From the NCBI GenBank assembly GCA_903824675.1, contig CAIJXV010000009.1, forward strand, positions 956 through 64,955: a stretch of 64,000 nt of DNA. The letters are read 5' to 3'. Positions 27,805 to 37,321 of the stretch are shown here, piece by piece. Origin of the DNA: an uncultured bacterium. Its GTDB lineage: Bacteria; Verrucomicrobiota; Kiritimatiellia; CAIKKV01; CAIJXV01. A model generated the notes under the pieces. The model saw only the letters and a list, made by a program, of their open reading frames with translations, searched no databases and had not been told where the DNA came from. The translations under genes and the position numbers were made by a program. Numbering within the stretch: the first letter of the stretch is position 1; each line of letters begins with the position of its first letter.

Positions 27805-29718
27805 ATGAAATCGAACCCACTTTCGCTCAAAGCCGTGCAAGTCACCGGCTCCTTTTGGGGGCCCCGTCGGGCCATTAATCGGACCCGGACCCTGCCCCTG
27901 GAATACACGATCAACAAGCAGCGGGGGGTTCTTAAAGCCTATCAATGGGATTGGTGCGATCCGACGCAGGGCGTAGCACCCTGGAAGATCGTAGTGGGCG
28001 ATCTCGGGAAATGGATTGAAGCCACGGCCTATTCCCTGGCCACCGATCCGGATCCCGTTTTGGAAGCGCAGATGGAAGAGGTCGTCTCTGAAATTATGAA
28101 GGGGCAGAAAGAGGATGGCTATTTATTTGCCAACCCGATCCGGCGCGATCAGCAGTGGGCCAATCTGCAGGAATATCACGAACTCTATGATGGGGGCCAT
28201 ACGATCGAGGCGGCGGTGGCGCATTATGAGACCACCGGACGGCGGCATTTTCTGGACGCCATGTGCCGCTATGCCGACCTGCTGGTGAAAACTTTCGGCC
28301 GGAAGCCGGGCCAGATTCGCGGCTACTGCGGACATCCGGAGATTGAACTCGCCCTGATGAAGTTATACCGGGCGACCGGTACTCCGGCCTATTTGGAACT
28401 GGCTGAATATTTTGTGGATGAGCGCGGACGTCAGCCTTATTATTTCGACGTCGAGCGCGAAAAAAACCTGGCTTCCGGCCTTCCGTTTTTTAAATGGTAC
28501 CAACCGGGCCATTATGTTCCCTGCCAGGCTCACCAGCCGTTGAAAGAGCAAAAAGATGCCGTGGGGCATTCCGTGCGCGCCCTCTATCTCTACAGTGGCG
28601 CCGTGGATGTGGCTGCTGCCCGTGGCGATCGGGCTCTGCTGGCGGCCTGCCGCAGGCTCTGGACCAGCGTGACTCGACGGCGGATGTATATCACCGGCGG
28701 GGTGGGTTCGACCTCCATCGGCGAGGCGTTCACCTTCGATTATGATCTGCCCGACGAAAGCGGGTATGCCGAAACCTGCGCCAATATCGCGCTGGTGTTT
28801 TTTGCCCACCGATTCTTACAGATCGAGCCGTCCTCCGATTATGCCGATGTGATGGAGCGCGCACTCTACAACGGTATTCTCAGCGGAGTGGCGCTGGATG
28901 GCCAGAAATTCTTTTATGCCAATCATCTGGCCGTGTGCCCCTCCGCAACTCAGGGCGTGAATGACGCAACGGCGCTGACCCGTCAGGAATGGTTTGGCTG
29001 TGCCTGTTGCCCGCCTAATGTGGCCCGGTTGCTGGCCTCGTTGGGGCAATACGTTTATTCCCAGTCGGCGGACACGGTCTATGTTCATTTGTTTGTGAAC
29101 GGCGCGGCCGACTGCGAACTGGCCGGACGCAAGGTTCGCCTAGAGCAGGAGACCCGATATCCCTGGGAAGAGCGGGTCAATTTGACCGTCACGCCAGATC
29201 AGCCGGGTCGATTCACGGTGGCGGTCCGTCTGCCCGGCTGGTGCCGCAAGCCGCGTCTGCGAGTCAACGGCAAGATGCAGGCCACGGCCGGTCTGAACCG
29301 TAACGGTTATGCCCTGATTTGTCGCGAGTGGCGGGCGGGAGATCAGATCACCATGGATCTGCCGATGCCGGTGGAACGGGTGGAGGCGCATCCGGGGGTT
29401 CGCATGGAATGCGGCCGGATCGCTCTGCAACGGGGGCCGGTGGTATATTGTCTGGAAGAAGTGGACAATGGGCGCAACTTGGCGGATTTGATCATTTCCC
29501 GAAAGGCCGCGATTCGTGCGGTCTTCCGTCCCAACCTCTTGGGCGGGTGCGTGGTCTTGAACGGGCTTGCCCAGCGGCGTGATCTAAAAGGCTGGAGTGG
29601 GGTGCTCTATCAGACCGACCGGACCCCTCTTAAAAAGGTCCCCTTCGCCGCCGTGCCGTATGCCCTGTGGGCCAATCGGAAATCGGGCGAAATGCGCGTT
29701 TGGATCCGGGAGGAATAA
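27805..29718 (+). CDS. GH127 beta-L-arabinofuranosidase-like hydrolase
   Basis: HELYDGGH, GHPEIELAL, GHSVRA, YAETCANI, CACCPPN, PYALWANR motifs. Confidence 0.92.
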   Translation: MKSNPLSLKAVQVTGSFWGPRRAINRTRTLPLEYTINKQRGVLKAYQWDWCDPTQGVAPWKIVVGDLGKWIEATAYSLATDPDPVLEAQMEEVVSEIMKGQKEDGYLFANPIRRDQQWANLQEYHELYDGGHTIEAAVAHYETTGRRHFLDAMCRYADLLVKTFGRKPGQIRGYCGHPEIELALMKLYRATGTPAYLELAEYFVDERGRQPYYFDVEREKNLASGLPFFKWYQPGHYVPCQAHQPLKEQKDAVGHSVRALYLYSGAVDVAAARGDRALLAACRRLWTSVTRRRMYITGGVGSTSIGEAFTFDYDLPDESGYAETCANIALVFFAHRFLQIEPSSDYADVMERALYNGILSGVALDGQKFFYANHLAVCPSATQGVNDATALTRQEWFGCACCPPNVARLLASLGQYVYSQSADTVYVHLFVNGAADCELAGRKVRLEQETRYPWEERVNLTVTPDQPGRFTVAVRLPGWCRKPRLRVNGKMQATAGLNRNGYALICREWRAGDQITMDLPMPVERVEAHPGVRMECGRIALQRGPVVYCLEEVDNGRNLADLIISRKAAIRAVFRPNLLGGCVVLNGLAQRRDLKGWSGVLYQTDRTPLKKVPFAAVPYALWANRKSGEMRVWIREE

Positions 29719-29722
29719 TTCA

Positions 29723-30535
29723 ATGAATTCACTGGTCAAGGACATTCAACAGGCGCGTCCGGCGGCGGACGAGATCCTAATTTGGGGGTTGGGCCAGCAC
29801 AGTTTCGTAGCCCGGATCGGCAACCGGATTCTCTGGTTGGATCCTTTTTTAAGCGACTGGCCTGGCCGGTTGATTCCTTCACCCATCCGGCCGGAGGAGT
29901 TGATTTGCGGGGACTTAATTTTTGGCAGTCACGATCATGCCGATCACATCGATCGAGGCGCCTGGCCGACGCTGGCGAAGGTGACTAATGCCCAATTTGT
30001 GATCCCGGCCCTATTTGCCGAACGGTTACCCGGCGAACTGGGTATTCCCTCCGAACGGTTCATCGCCATTGATGACGGGCAGACGGTGGAGGTGGCGGGG
30101 GTTCGGATTACCGGGGTGGCGGCGGCGCACGAACGGCTCAACCGGGATCCGGCGACCGGGCATTATCCCTGTCTGGGGTTTCTGATTGAAGCCGGTGGTT
30201 TTTGCCTGTATCACGCCGGCGATTCCTGCGTGTATGAGGGGTTGTTGACGAAATTGAAACGGGGGCGGCCCGACGTGATGTTCGTGCCGATTAATGGGCG
30301 GGATGCCCAGCGCTTGGCCGCCGGGTGCATCGGCAATATGACGTATCAGGAAGCCGTCGATTTGGTGGGCGAGACGGGGCCGGGCCTGGCGATCCCCGCC
30401 CATTATGATATGTTCGAGGGCAACACGGCGGACCCCCAGTTGTTCCTCGAGTACCTGCGGGTCAAGTATCCGGCTGTAACCGGAAAGATCTGTGGCGTCG
30501 GCCAAAAAGTGGTGTGGAAGAAGACGGGCGCATAG
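29723..30535 (+). CDS. MBL-fold metallohydrolase (UlaG-like lactonase)
   Basis: SHDHADHID, YHAGDS, PINGRD, IPAHYDMF. Confidence 0.85.
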   Translation: MNSLVKDIQQARPAADEILIWGLGQHSFVARIGNRILWLDPFLSDWPGRLIPSPIRPEELICGDLIFGSHDHADHIDRGAWPTLAKVTNAQFVIPALFAERLPGELGIPSERFIAIDDGQTVEVAGVRITGVAAAHERLNRDPATGHYPCLGFLIEAGGFCLYHAGDSCVYEGLLTKLKRGRPDVMFVPINGRDAQRLAAGCIGNMTYQEAVDLVGETGPGLAIPAHYDMFEGNTADPQLFLEYLRVKYPAVTGKICGVGQKVVWKKTGA

Positions 30536-30665
30536 GGCAGAGCGCAGGATTCTTGACTCTGCGAACATGCGCCTAAACCCTGCGGCACTCAGCGAGAAAA
30601 TCCGCGCCTTGTTGACGAAATGCCAACCACCCACTATTTTCCAGAATGAACTCTGATTCGGTATT

Positions 30666-30735
30666 GTGGGCCGGGCCTCAGTGCCCGGCGGACGGATGGA
30701 TCGCGAAGACGCCCGCCGCAGAGGGCGGGCCGACA
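30666..30735. repeat. REP-like hairpin pair between convergent genes
   Basis: GTGGGCCGGGC-CTCAGT-GCCCGGC and GCCCGCC-GCAGAG-GGCGGGCCGAC. Confidence 0.6.
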
Positions 30736-30769
30736 TCGATTGAAAATGCGTCGTTCTCGGGTAATCCCG

Positions 30770-32359
30770 CTATTTCCGTTGCGCCAGGATCCGTCGCATA
30801 TTGCCGCCTAGAATCGGCTTTAAAACTGAATCCGGGATATCCAGCGAAAGCAAACGCGCCAATTCCCATTCGAACCCATGCACCATGGCATCGGTGCCAA
30901 AGACCACCTGACGCGGGTTGACGCGTTTCAGAGTGTCTTCCCAGCGCACGGTTGAACAAAAACTGCCGCACCATTCCAGGTAAACATTCGAATGCTTCTG
31001 CGCCAGCGCTTCGGCTTCCTCTCGGCCCTGGTCGCCCCCGCCGGAATGCCCCAGCAAAAAGGATATGTTGGGGTAACGTTTAACGAGATCTTTAAACATC
31101 GCGGGGCCGTTGAATCCGCCGTCCCAGGTGTGGTTCAGAACGGGCAGGTGGTGTCGATTGGCGTAGGCCCACATCGGTTCAAAGCGGGGGTCGGTGATGT
31201 CAACCCGCCAGTAACTGCAGAGCGTTTTGAACCCTTTGAAAACCGGTCCCTTGAAATAGGCGTCGAATCGGGGGGTCAATTCAGAGGCGTAGAACGGATT
31301 GAACGCCAGGTAGCCCACAATGCGGTCAGAGTAGGGGCGAAGAATCGTCTCAATCAGGTCATTCCCTTCCACGGGGCTCCCCATCAACGCCTGCATGCCC
31401 GACAGGATAAACGTTTGAATGCCGATCGCATCCATGGATTGAAGGCAGGCCTTGAGCTGTTGGCGTTCTTCCTGTGCTTCCAGAATATACCCCCCGGAAG
31501 GTCCCAGATGGCCATGCGCATCGACCACATCGACGCCTAAGGGCTGGCCCTCCAGAAAGCGGGGCCACAGGGTGTTGGCCTTCCAGTGTGACGGCAAGGT
31601 CTGCTGTGCGGAATTCAAACCGGTCAAACGGTCCAAATTACCATGCGCGATTTTTTTTCGTTGGGCTTCGGTGATATCCGCCCGCGCCAGGGCGCCGATG
31701 GCCGCGCCATTGTGGGATTTCAATCCGGTCCCGAAAACCAGACGATCCGCGCCGAAATGGTTTACCAGGAGTTCGATGGCCTGGAAGGTATGAAGATACG
31801 AAATATCCATCAGGATATTGGGGCGGCGGCGCAGCAGGTCGAACACGGTTACTTCCGCGCTCCAGAAAACCTGCGTCAAAATCAGAGGAACGTCCGGGAA
31901 CTCGGCCGTAAACTCCAGGATGTCAGCCACCGAAGCCTGGTCGTATCCCAACACGATGAAGGGCTTCAGCTTGCGAATGGAACGGATGATCGGTTCCAAT
32001 TGCATGAGCGTCAAGCGCCCGAAAACCGCGGTGAAACGCAATGCGCGGCAGGGCATCCGCTTCATTTGACGGGTGAGCGACTCGATCCCCTCACGTTCGT
32101 AAATCATCAAATTGGAAACGGTCAGGGCGGGAAAGATCCGGCCGGCTGCCCCGGGCGTATTTTGAATTTCGTCCAATAACTTTTGATTACTGGAGAGCGC
32201 GTGATTCTGAACGGATTCGATATTCCACACCAGGGACCGGCTGATCCCCAGTCGGTTCATGGTGTCCAGCCGATCCTGGATGGAGGGGAATTCGACATTT
32301 CCGGATGACGGCTTCCCGAAGCTGGCGTTGACATCGAATAATGCCGGTTGTGATTTCAT
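30770..32359 (-). CDS. Tandem two-domain amidohydrolase-family protein
   Basis: C-terminal domain DAHGH, NHTW, LGHSG, VFGTD; N-terminal domain degenerate (DVNAS, VFGTG). Confidence 0.85.
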   Translation of the reverse strand: MKSQPALFDVNASFGKPSSGNVEFPSIQDRLDTMNRLGISRSLVWNIESVQNHALSSNQKLLDEIQNTPGAAGRIFPALTVSNLMIYEREGIESLTRQMKRMPCRALRFTAVFGRLTLMQLEPIIRSIRKLKPFIVLGYDQASVADILEFTAEFPDVPLILTQVFWSAEVTVFDLLRRRPNILMDISYLHTFQAIELLVNHFGADRLVFGTGLKSHNGAAIGALARADITEAQRKKIAHGNLDRLTGLNSAQQTLPSHWKANTLWPRFLEGQPLGVDVVDAHGHLGPSGGYILEAQEERQQLKACLQSMDAIGIQTFILSGMQALMGSPVEGNDLIETILRPYSDRIVGYLAFNPFYASELTPRFDAYFKGPVFKGFKTLCSYWRVDITDPRFEPMWAYANRHHLPVLNHTWDGGFNGPAMFKDLVKRYPNISFLLGHSGGGDQGREEAEALAQKHSNVYLEWCGSFCSTVRWEDTLKRVNPRQVVFGTDAMVHGFEWELARLLSLDIPDSVLKPILGGNMRRILAQRK

Positions 32360-33135
32360 GACAGCAAATTCGCGGTTTTCCGCAGGGATTCTTCGCTCGG
32401 CAGGAGGGGCTTGTATTCCAATCCAAAAAAGCCCTGATAGCCGGCCGCGAGGATTTTCTGCATGACAAACGGGTAGTTCATTTCCCCCTCGAAAAGTTCA
32501 TGCCGTCCGGGAACTCCGGCCGTGTGGAAATGACCGATCAATCCGAGATTGGGAAGGATGAACTCCAGATGATTCCCGCCCATAATCTGCATATGGTACA
32601 AATCGTAAAGTAATTTGACGTTCGGAAGATGAACTTCCTTGACGATCTCCATCGAGACTTCCCGCGATTCGAGGTAGTAACCCTTGTGGTCCACCAGCGT
32701 GTTGAGCGGCTCCAGATTCAGGGCAAATCCTTTTTTCGCTGCCTTTGTTCCGGCCTCGATCAGGCAGTCGACCAGGGTTTTTCGGTGTTCCTCAGAGGTC
32801 TGTCCGGGGACATGATTCCCCGTGGTCACGATTCCCATGTGACAACCGGCGGCCAAGGCATTATCGGAATACCGGTCGAGTTGTTCGATAAAGGCTTTCC
32901 GGTTGCCGGTTTTTACGGGGGCGACGGTCATGTCGCTCGGGCCGTTCATAACGATGCTGACGAAGCGCACGCCGTTTTGAATGCAGGCGTCGCCGATTTT
33001 TTTAACCACCGCGGCGTCGCCGCCCTGCCAGGTTTCGATGGCCGTATAGCCGAGCGCCGCCACTTTGGGGACCCGCTGGTCCATCGGCAGTTCGCTGTAA
33101 AAGAGGTCGATCAGGACATTGGTATGGCGCAACAT
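32356..33135 (-). CDS. Hydroxypyruvate isomerase-like (Hyi) TIM-barrel isomerase/epimerase
   Basis: LEPLNTLVDHKGY, LYDLYHMQIM, VPGRHE, GLEY. Confidence 0.85.
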   Translation of the reverse strand: MLRHTNVLIDLFYSELPMDQRVPKVAALGYTAIETWQGGDAAVVKKIGDACIQNGVRFVSIVMNGPSDMTVAPVKTGNRKAFIEQLDRYSDNALAAGCHMGIVTTGNHVPGQTSEEHRKTLVDCLIEAGTKAAKKGFALNLEPLNTLVDHKGYYLESREVSMEIVKEVHLPNVKLLYDLYHMQIMGGNHLEFILPNLGLIGHFHTAGVPGRHELFEGEMNYPFVMQKILAAGYQGFFGLEYKPLLPSEESLRKTANLLS

Positions 33136-33137
33136 AA

Positions 33138-34415
33138 TCAGGCTCCTTTGAAGAGATTCTTGAGATCGGCGCTTAATTTCGCGGCAAACTGGGCAGCCCA
33201 GTCGGCATCGTACGTCGGGATGATGCGCGTGGTGGCCAGGCGCAACATGATGTTCTTGGTTTTGGGGCACATGTCCTGGGAGTAAGCCGGCAATTTGCCG
33301 ACATGCGGACAGGTGAAGGGACAGCCTTCACGGGTGACCGTCTTCTGCTCGAGAATGTGTTCCCAACTCCAATAGACGTGCCAGTCCCGGACGCCTTGGG
33401 CGTTGGACGCCAGACCGCCGAGTCCGATGTTGGCCTTGATGGCGGTGACGGCCTGTTCCTGGGTTTCGAACAGGATGCCGAGCACATATCCGCAGACCCC
33501 GTCCGCGTCGTTGCTCTCCACCCACTTGGCGCAGGACGGAAGTTTCACTTCAGCGCGGAGCTGTTTCCAGACGGCGCGGGTCCGGGCGTTGATGTCGTCC
33601 AGCTTGCGGATCTGGGCGATGCCGACGGCGGCACAGAGTTCCGGCATGCGATAGTTTTCGCCGCAGAAGAGTTCGCCGGGTTTGCGCTCGCGGGCATACC
33701 GGTCCGGGCGCCAGCAGGCCGCCGCGTCATGGAAACTCTGCGCCCGGGTGTACATCCATTCGTTGTCGGTGAGGACCAGGCCGCCTTCGCCGGTGCCGAT
33801 GACCTTGTAGGCATCGAGACTGATGCAGCCGATGTCGCCGAGCGTCCCCAGATATTTGCCTTTATATTTGCCGCCGAAGGCTTGGGCCGTATCTTCGATG
33901 ATCTTGATCTTGTGCTTGGCCGCAATCGCGCGGAGTTCATTCATCTTGGAGGGCAATCCCAGCATGTGCACCGGCAGGATGGCCTTGGTTTTGGAGGTGA
34001 TGTTCTTTTCCACCGCGGCCGGGTCAAGCGTCAGGGTTTCATCGATCTCGGTGATGACCGGAATGGCCTTGGCGACCACGACGGCCGAGGCGCTGGCGAA
34101 GAAGGTGTAGGCCGGGACAATCACCTCGTCGCCGGGGCCGACTTCCGCCGCGACCATCGCCGCGATCAGGGCGCTGGTGCCGGAATTGACGGCCAGGGCA
34201 TACTTGGAACCGGTTTTTTCGCAGACCATCTTTTCGAAGGCGTCGGTGCGGCTGTTGGGGTTATAGTAACGGAAGAAATTGCCGGCATCGGGCTGGACAG
34301 GGTCCTGGTCGACAATGGCCCGGATCTTGGCCCGACTCTCGGGGCTGACGTTGAACACATTGATGACTTCCATCAGTTCGTCGGTCGCGTACTTTTTGTA
34401 GGTATAGTCTTTCAT
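33138..34415 (-). CDS. DegT/DnrJ/EryC1/StrS PLP aminotransferase
   Basis: NSGTSAL, GPGDEVIVP, IEDTAQA, SLDAYKVIGTGEGG (PLP Lys), NYRM. Confidence 0.92.
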   Translation of the reverse strand: MKDYTYKKYATDELMEVINVFNVSPESRAKIRAIVDQDPVQPDAGNFFRYYNPNSRTDAFEKMVCEKTGSKYALAVNSGTSALIAAMVAAEVGPGDEVIVPAYTFFASASAVVVAKAIPVITEIDETLTLDPAAVEKNITSKTKAILPVHMLGLPSKMNELRAIAAKHKIKIIEDTAQAFGGKYKGKYLGTLGDIGCISLDAYKVIGTGEGGLVLTDNEWMYTRAQSFHDAAACWRPDRYARERKPGELFCGENYRMPELCAAVGIAQIRKLDDINARTRAVWKQLRAEVKLPSCAKWVESNDADGVCGYVLGILFETQEQAVTAIKANIGLGGLASNAQGVRDWHVYWSWEHILEQKTVTREGCPFTCPHVGKLPAYSQDMCPKTKNIMLRLATTRIIPTYDADWAAQFAAKLSADLKNLFKGA

Positions 34416-34541
34416 GGCGGTCCTCGTCTGGGGTTGTGAAAACAAATTGATTTACGGCTTAAAAATCTATAATAGAACCTTTGAAAAGCCAATAGCGGGG
34501 ATTGCAGATAACATACACAATCTTGCAAGACGGGAGCGGGT

Positions 34542-35405
34542 ATGGATCGTCGGCTGAAGGTGAGTTTTTCGTTTTTTGACGAAGGACGCGGGAAAATAAT
34601 TCCCCGCGTATCGACGGTGTGCTGTTTTCCCTTGAATGTCCGGCGGGTGGAACGCTGCCACCGAAATACCACCTGGGCGCTGGAGTATCACGCCCGGAAT
34701 TCGGGGACGGTCTATTTCGGCTCCCTCTCCGGAAAACACATCGAACGGGAGGCGGGGACCATCCACCTCTATGCCCCCGGATGTGTGTATGGAGAGGACA
34801 GCCGTGATGCGGATCTTCCGGCCCAGGAGACGTACTGGATCTTCTCGGGTGGCGACGTGGCCGGGTTGGCGCCTTTTGTCGATAATCCCCGCCGCTTTGC
34901 CCGCTTTTTCGATCCGGATAATCTGATCGGCAAATTGATGCTGACATCCGCCCATTTCTGCAATGACCGGGGGCAAGGCGCCTTTTGGATGGCTCAGAGT
35001 CTGTTTGCAGAGGCGCTGTTTCATCTGCAAGGCAGCCGCAAAACCAGCCCTTTCGATTATCGGGTATCGGCCTCGGAACCGCCTCAGAATTTTGGTTTCC
35101 AAATCGAACAATATTTGCGTCGGAACTTTTCAGAGCCCATCGGATTGGCCCATATTGCGCGGCATATGAAGACCAGTCCGTCTTTGCTCAGTCATAAGTT
35201 CAAGGATGAGACGGGCCTTTCGCCGATTGCCCGGCTCATCGAAATCCGGATCGAATATGCCAAGAGCTTGCTGCTGAAAGGCGAAAAGCTCAAGAGTATT
35301 GCCGCCTTGACCGGTCATTCCAGCGAATACCATCTGTCCCGGAATTTCAAAATCGTCACCGGGGTCTCGCCCGCAACCTTTCGTTCCGGGCCGTCCCGGC
35401 AGTAG
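34542..35405 (+). CDS. AraC-family transcriptional regulator
   Basis: C-terminal double HTH LSHKFKDETGLSP...YHLSRNFKIVTGVSP; divergent from the DegT operon. Confidence 0.9.
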   Translation: MDRRLKVSFSFFDEGRGKIIPRVSTVCCFPLNVRRVERCHRNTTWALEYHARNSGTVYFGSLSGKHIEREAGTIHLYAPGCVYGEDSRDADLPAQETYWIFSGGDVAGLAPFVDNPRRFARFFDPDNLIGKLMLTSAHFCNDRGQGAFWMAQSLFAEALFHLQGSRKTSPFDYRVSASEPPQNFGFQIEQYLRRNFSEPIGLAHIARHMKTSPSLLSHKFKDETGLSPIARLIEIRIEYAKSLLLKGEKLKSIAALTGHSSEYHLSRNFKIVTGVSPATFRSGPSRQ

Positions 35406-35419
35406 AACGGCAGACGTGC

Positions 35420-36568
35420 ATGAAAACACCCAAACAACGGATGCTGGATGCCTATCGCGGGATTCCCGCCGACCGTCCCCCGGTGGCTCCGGAACTCTGG
35501 TATTACTATCCCGCCAAACTGCTGGGCGTGGACATGGAAACGTTCCGTCGAATGCCATTTCACCAGGCGTTGAAGAAGGCCTTTGCCGTTGTCGGCTGCG
35601 AAGGATGGGGTTGCACCTTTGCCGGAAATACCCCATCCGATGTGGAGGTTCGGACCGAGGAACGACGATTGGATGCCGATCGGATCGAATCCTGTAGCAC
35701 GATCAGGACTCCCTATGGACCTCTGACCTCGGTGTACCAATCCGACCGACGCGAGGCGGGCGGCTGGGCGCGGGAGAAACCCATCAAGGATTTCGACCGC
35801 GACCTCAAGGCCTGGGAATATTTACGATTGGGTGGAGATCCGCAGGCGATTGATTTTTCAAGGGCCTGTGCTGATTGGGCGGAGACCGGAGATGCGTTCC
35901 TGCTGGAATTTTATATCGGCGACACGTTTTATGACTGGTTTGGCACCTCCTGCGAAGGCGACCTTGAAATGGCGTCGGTTTATTTCCTGGACCATGAGAA
36001 GGAACTGGAGGCCTTGCAGGAGCGATACATTGACAACATGATTCGCCGCACGCGGGCGGTTTGCACCCGGACGCCCTTCGAGAGCCTGTTTATCGGTTGC
36101 ACCTGGAGTTGTATGTCGCTGATCAGTCCGGCGACCTGGCGGCGATGGGACAAACCGGTGATCCGGGCCATTTGCGATGAAGCGCACCGGCACGGGCGGT
36201 TGGTCCACGTTCATTTACATGGTAAGAGCCTGGCGGTCGTGGATGATTTTCCCGAAATCGGGATCGATTGTGTCTGTCCCTTTGAGCGGGGCCCCGGTGG
36301 GGATGTGAATGGTTTGGCGGGTTTGAAAGAAGTGGCGCGTCGTCTGGCCGGACGGACGACCATGAATGGAAACATTCACACGGTGGAGACCCTCATCCGG
36401 GGCACACCGGCGGATGTGCGTCGGGAAGTGAATGAAGTGCTGGAGGCTTTCGCCGGAAATCCCCGGGTTATCGTGGGAACGGGCGACCAGGTGGGGCGTG
36501 AGACACCGGCGGAAAACCTGGCGGCGATGGTGGATGCGGTGGTGGGGGGCGGAGCGCGAAAGGCATAG
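35420..36568 (+). CDS. Uroporphyrinogen decarboxylase (URO-D)/MtaA-like family protein
   Basis: MKTPKQRMLDAYRG..DRPPV, SPATWRRW, HLHG, GNI..LIRGTP. Confidence 0.85.
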   Translation: MKTPKQRMLDAYRGIPADRPPVAPELWYYYPAKLLGVDMETFRRMPFHQALKKAFAVVGCEGWGCTFAGNTPSDVEVRTEERRLDADRIESCSTIRTPYGPLTSVYQSDRREAGGWAREKPIKDFDRDLKAWEYLRLGGDPQAIDFSRACADWAETGDAFLLEFYIGDTFYDWFGTSCEGDLEMASVYFLDHEKELEALQERYIDNMIRRTRAVCTRTPFESLFIGCTWSCMSLISPATWRRWDKPVIRAICDEAHRHGRLVHVHLHGKSLAVVDDFPEIGIDCVCPFERGPGGDVNGLAGLKEVARRLAGRTTMNGNIHTVETLIRGTPADVRREVNEVLEAFAGNPRVIVGTGDQVGRETPAENLAAMVDAVVGGGARKA

Positions 36569-36673
36569 GGCTTGGCGCCCCCAAATGGCTGAATTTCGAA
36601 TTGAGTTTGGACGAAAAGCCAACCTTCGGGTTGCGGCCCCGGTTATGCCGGGATGAGATATCTGGGACCCCAA

Positions 36674-37228
36674 TTATTGAGTCGCCCTCATTTGAAGGCG
36701 GGCGCGGGTCATCCGTTCCCGGAGGCCGCCTTCCTGGATGAAAGCTTGCTCCAGTTGCCGGATTTGTTGGTCGAGCAAGTAGTTGGTCACTTTGATGAGG
36801 CCGATGATGGCATTGGCGCGAATCGAGGGGGTGGGATGTTCAACGGCTTTTTTAAAGGTCGCATAGTTTGCATTGGGCAGTCGATTCAGTTCGCGGAGGC
36901 GTTTGACGTGGGGGTGGTCTTTAGGCCATTCTTCAAAACCGCGCGTGCGCAGGAAATCGCGATAGTCCGTCAATAACTCTTCAAGGCTGGCCCGCGCCAC
37001 GCTGGTTAATTTGAGCTCCATTTCTTTTGAAGTTCCTGACGCCTGGCTTCCCTCTACAATGTTTTGCTTCCCGGACCGTGCGGCTTGAACCATTTGGGCG
37101 ACGGTGCGATCTCGTCGATCGAGAAGGTCTGCGCAAAACTTGACCGTGGCGTCGTAGACGATTTGTGATTTTTGAAAGGAGAGCAGAGTTTGATAGCCGC
37201 CATGAGGCGGCAAGATGTGATTGGTCAT
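36674..37228 (-). CDS. Four-helix-bundle protein with suffix domain
   Basis: GGYQTLLSFQK, QMVQAARSGKQNIVEGS, ARASLEELL.DY.DFLR, EGGLRERMTRAR. Confidence 0.88.
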   Translation of the reverse strand: MTNHILPPHGGYQTLLSFQKSQIVYDATVKFCADLLDRRDRTVAQMVQAARSGKQNIVEGSQASGTSKEMELKLTSVARASLEELLTDYRDFLRTRGFEEWPKDHPHVKRLRELNRLPNANYATFKKAVEHPTPSIRANAIIGLIKVTNYLLDQQIRQLEQAFIQEGGLRERMTRARLQMRATQ

Positions 37229-37321
37229 AAAAAATCCCCCAAAGGACTGAAGAACAAAAATGACCCAAACTTGAGTCGTTGAATGTCCCTTGAGTCCCTT
37301 TCCCTTTTCCCCAATTTCCCG

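Noticed and set aside
36674..37228. DGR Avd accessory gene
   Set aside because: It is a four-helix bundle, but no reverse transcriptase or TR/VR pair is visible. The Sel1 remnant differs from the intact gene at all base types, not only at adenines.
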